From Myxococcota bacterium (lineage in GTDB: Bacteria > Myxococcota > JACRCW01): a stretch of DNA of 17,222 bases. Under the pieces are notes generated by a model, which worked only from the letters and a program-made list of their open reading frames with translations, made no database searches and was not told the DNA's origin. Numbering within the stretch: position 1 is the stretch's first letter; the number at the start of each line of letters is the position of its first letter. Position numbers and translations under genes: made by a program. Location of the stretch: positions 1 through 17,222 of the forward strand of contig JBFMGU010000224.1 in the NCBI GenBank assembly GCA_040752415.1, written 5' to 3'. This document shows, piece after piece, positions 15,296 to 17,222 of the stretch.

Positions 15296-16993
15296 ATGTT
15301 GCAGCGACTGCTGGGCCAGGAAACCGAATACGCCATCCGCTTCACCCCGCGGGATCGGTCACGTCGGCCCAGCAATGAGGTCGTGTACAACGCGCTGTCG
15401 GCTGCCGTGTCGTCGTTGGTGTCCACGCGGCCGGGTGAACGGCAGGCCGTGCGCAAGCAGTTCTTCACCGAGAACGGCGGCGCCTTCTGTTACGAGTTCT
15501 TCCCCTACGCCACCGACGCGGGCCTCATGGAAGGCGCCACGCCGGAATGTCGCGGGCCCGGCCAGCTCCTCCTCTACCAACGCGCGCAGGAAGCGCTCCT
15601 GCTGCAGGCCATCCCCATTGCCGAGCAGACGCTGGCCATGCAGGGCTACGGCGGCTCGCTCGGGCTCATCAAGAACTGTCGCGACGCCCAGGGCCACGTC
15701 TACGGCGCGCAGGAGAACTACGAGGTGGAGATTGCCCGCGGCGTGGGGCTGTGGCTCTACCGCGCGGGGCTGGTGCTGCTCATGCCGTTGCTGGCGCTCA
15801 CCGTGATGCAGATGTGGATGGGCGTGGCGCTGTTCTTGGTGGCGGCGGTGGCGGTGCTGTTGTCCTCGGTGGTGCTGAGCACGGTCATTCCGCCGCTGCG
15901 TCGGGTGCCGCTCATCCGCCAGCTCCGCGATGGCGACGACGATCTGGCCTCCGATCCCACCCTGGGGCGCCTGAGCTGCCTGGTGGAGCGGGTGCTGGGC
16001 TGGCCGGTGATGGCCCCGTTTGCGCTCTTGTTGCGCGCGTTGGCGTTCCGCCGGGTCCGTCGGGACGTGCTGGCGTTCCTGGTGAGCCGGCCCATCATCT
16101 CCGGAACCGGCACGGTGATGCCCGACGGGAGCTTCTGGCTCAGTGAGAAGGGCGTGGCCACGCTCCGCGTGATGCGCAGCAGCGTGAGCCCGGCGGACCG
16201 TCCCATCCTGGACACCGGGAACCTGTTCAAGGACCTGGCGGCGCCGGTGCTGGCGCGGGTGCCACCGCTGTTCAGCCTGTTTTCCCGTCGTCAGCGGCTG
16301 CAGCTGGGGCTCAGCGACTCCAACCGCGCGCAGGTGGCGGAATACCTCAAGGTGGGGACCACGTCGCTGGTGCTGGACATGATGCAGGCGGGCGCGCTGG
16401 CCGACGCACCGCGCTTCCGCGACCCGGTGGCCGCGCTCAAGACCTTCATCTCCGACGCCACGCTGCGCGCCACCGTGCGCACCACGGGCAACCGCGAGGT
16501 CACCGCCCTGCAGGTGCAGCGCTACTACCTGGAGCGGGCCCGCGCCTTCGTGCGCAGCTCCACCACCACGTCGCTGGAAGCGCACGAGATTGTCCGGCAC
16601 TGGGGTCAGGCGCTGGATGCGCTGGAGCAGGATCCCGGCACGCTCGTCGGGAAGATTGACTGGGTGACCAAGCGGCACCTGCTGCAGACGCTGGGGCGGG
16701 ACTCCCCGCATGAGTCGCTCAAGAAGATGGACCTGCGCTACCACGAGCTGGGCGTGGGCTACCTGGACCGGCTGGAGCGCGCGGGCCAGGCGCCGCGTCT
16801 CGTCGACGAGGAGCAGGTGCAGGAAGCCGTGCGCACCCCGCCTTCCGGGACGCCAGCGCGCCTGCGCAGTCGACTCATCCGCATGCTGCCCAACCCGGAT
16901 TCCATGGTGACCGTGTCGTGGAGCAGCGTGCGGGTGGGCGGTCCGGTGGGGGGCCAGGTCATCCGGCTGGACGATCACCGGCCGTGCCCGTGA
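15296..16993 (+). CDS. pafA: Pup ligase/deamidase (PafA/Dop) family protein with an internal hydrophobic, probably transmembrane, insertion (565 aa)
   Basis: Collinear PafA motifs: RLLGQETEY (GhExE), FTENGG, EGATPEC, LIKNCRD..G..YGAQENY, FLVSR..ISGTG, RPILDT, RLQ....DSN......LKVGTTSLVL, ALQVQR.Y, IDWVTKR.L, DLRYHE, PP..T.ARLR, VSW. Uncharged stretch at aa157-200. Confidence 0.88.
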   Translation: MLQRLLGQETEYAIRFTPRDRSRRPSNEVVYNALSAAVSSLVSTRPGERQAVRKQFFTENGGAFCYEFFPYATDAGLMEGATPECRGPGQLLLYQRAQEALLLQAIPIAEQTLAMQGYGGSLGLIKNCRDAQGHVYGAQENYEVEIARGVGLWLYRAGLVLLMPLLALTVMQMWMGVALFLVAAVAVLLSSVVLSTVIPPLRRVPLIRQLRDGDDDLASDPTLGRLSCLVERVLGWPVMAPFALLLRALAFRRVRRDVLAFLVSRPIISGTGTVMPDGSFWLSEKGVATLRVMRSSVSPADRPILDTGNLFKDLAAPVLARVPPLFSLFSRRQRLQLGLSDSNRAQVAEYLKVGTTSLVLDMMQAGALADAPRFRDPVAALKTFISDATLRATVRTTGNREVTALQVQRYYLERARAFVRSSTTTSLEAHEIVRHWGQALDALEQDPGTLVGKIDWVTKRHLLQTLGRDSPHESLKKMDLRYHELGVGYLDRLERAGQAPRLVDEEQVQEAVRTPPSGTPARLRSRLIRMLPNPDSMVTVSWSSVRVGGPVGGQVIRLDDHRPCP

Positions 16994-17096
16994 ATGGGTT
17001 GGCGGGAAATCCCGAGACAAGGAAGTCAGAAGTCAAGCGATGTCGGGGAATCCCCACAGGGAGTCACGAAGCGGGTGAGCGGAAGCAGCGGCGCCC

Positions 17097-17150
17097 TGGA
17101 GTGCGGTGCGAAGCGGATCAAGCGGTCGACGACGTGAAGCACCGCCCTGG
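17097..17150. repeat. Variant REP-like element with expanded loop
   Basis: TGGAGTGCGGTGC...GCACCGCCCTGG shares the GGAGTGCGGT head and ACCGC..TGG tail with the other copies; stem 17103-17109/17139-17145 with a 29-nt loop; downstream of pafA. Confidence 0.55.
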
Positions 17151-17222
17151 ATCGGGCCGTCCAGACGGCGCGGACGTCGTTCAGTCCCCCGGGTGCCTCG
17201 TGCTCTCGACGCTCCCCATGGC

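Noticed and set aside
15151..15378. 75-aa ORF supplied upstream of and overlapping pafA
   Set aside because: Arg/Pro-rich off-frame translation that overlaps pafA and lacks an RBS. The 52-aa GGE ORF in another frame has the RBS, GC3-biased codons and the fitting context.
15296..16993. Calling the enzyme Dop (depupylase/deamidase)
   Set aside because: There is no Dop-loop-sized insertion after the GhExE strand and the cognate modifier already ends in Glu. Ligase is the better guess, though not proven.
15359..17020. 553-aa minus-strand ORF (also 13642-15105 and 11999-12859 on plus)
   Set aside because: Antisense shadows of pafA and the E1 genes, which carry clear family motifs.
17151..17222. 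Start of a further gene (ATG at 17218)
   Set aside because: Too little sequence remains in the window to support any call. A downstream partner of the pup-pafA pair therefore cannot be excluded.

Overview
GC-rich bacterial DNA, probably Myxococcota (inferred from the Cys-rich lipoproteins with Ser/Gly linkers and MopE-type motifs). Left to right: (i) a non-coding stretch with a REP-like palindrome and a pair of direct repeats; (ii) a 1960-aa lipoprotein (- strand) with Ig-like, ZU5-like (HFS motif), PKD-like and MopE-type domains and an array of 28 consecutive C-C-CC-C-C modules; (iii) a divergent oligoendopeptidase F carrying a signal peptide; (iv) a 921-aa lipoprotein with five ASH/choice-of-anchor-D Ig-like domains; (v) a 72-bp inverted-repeat REP doublet between convergent genes; (vi) a 2-oxoacid dehydrogenase E1 operon with two different alpha subunits and one beta subunit but no E2/E3; (vii) the most notable locus: a 52-aa ORF missing from the ORF track (15129-15287) that ends in GGE and resembles Pup/UBact, 8 nt upstream of a PafA/Dop-family (Pup ligase) gene with a ~100-aa hydrophobic insertion and altered active-site residues. 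No proteasome genes are adjacent, which suggests a two-gene, membrane-associated ubiquitin-like tagging system. All homology calls come from motifs recognised by eye; no searches were run.
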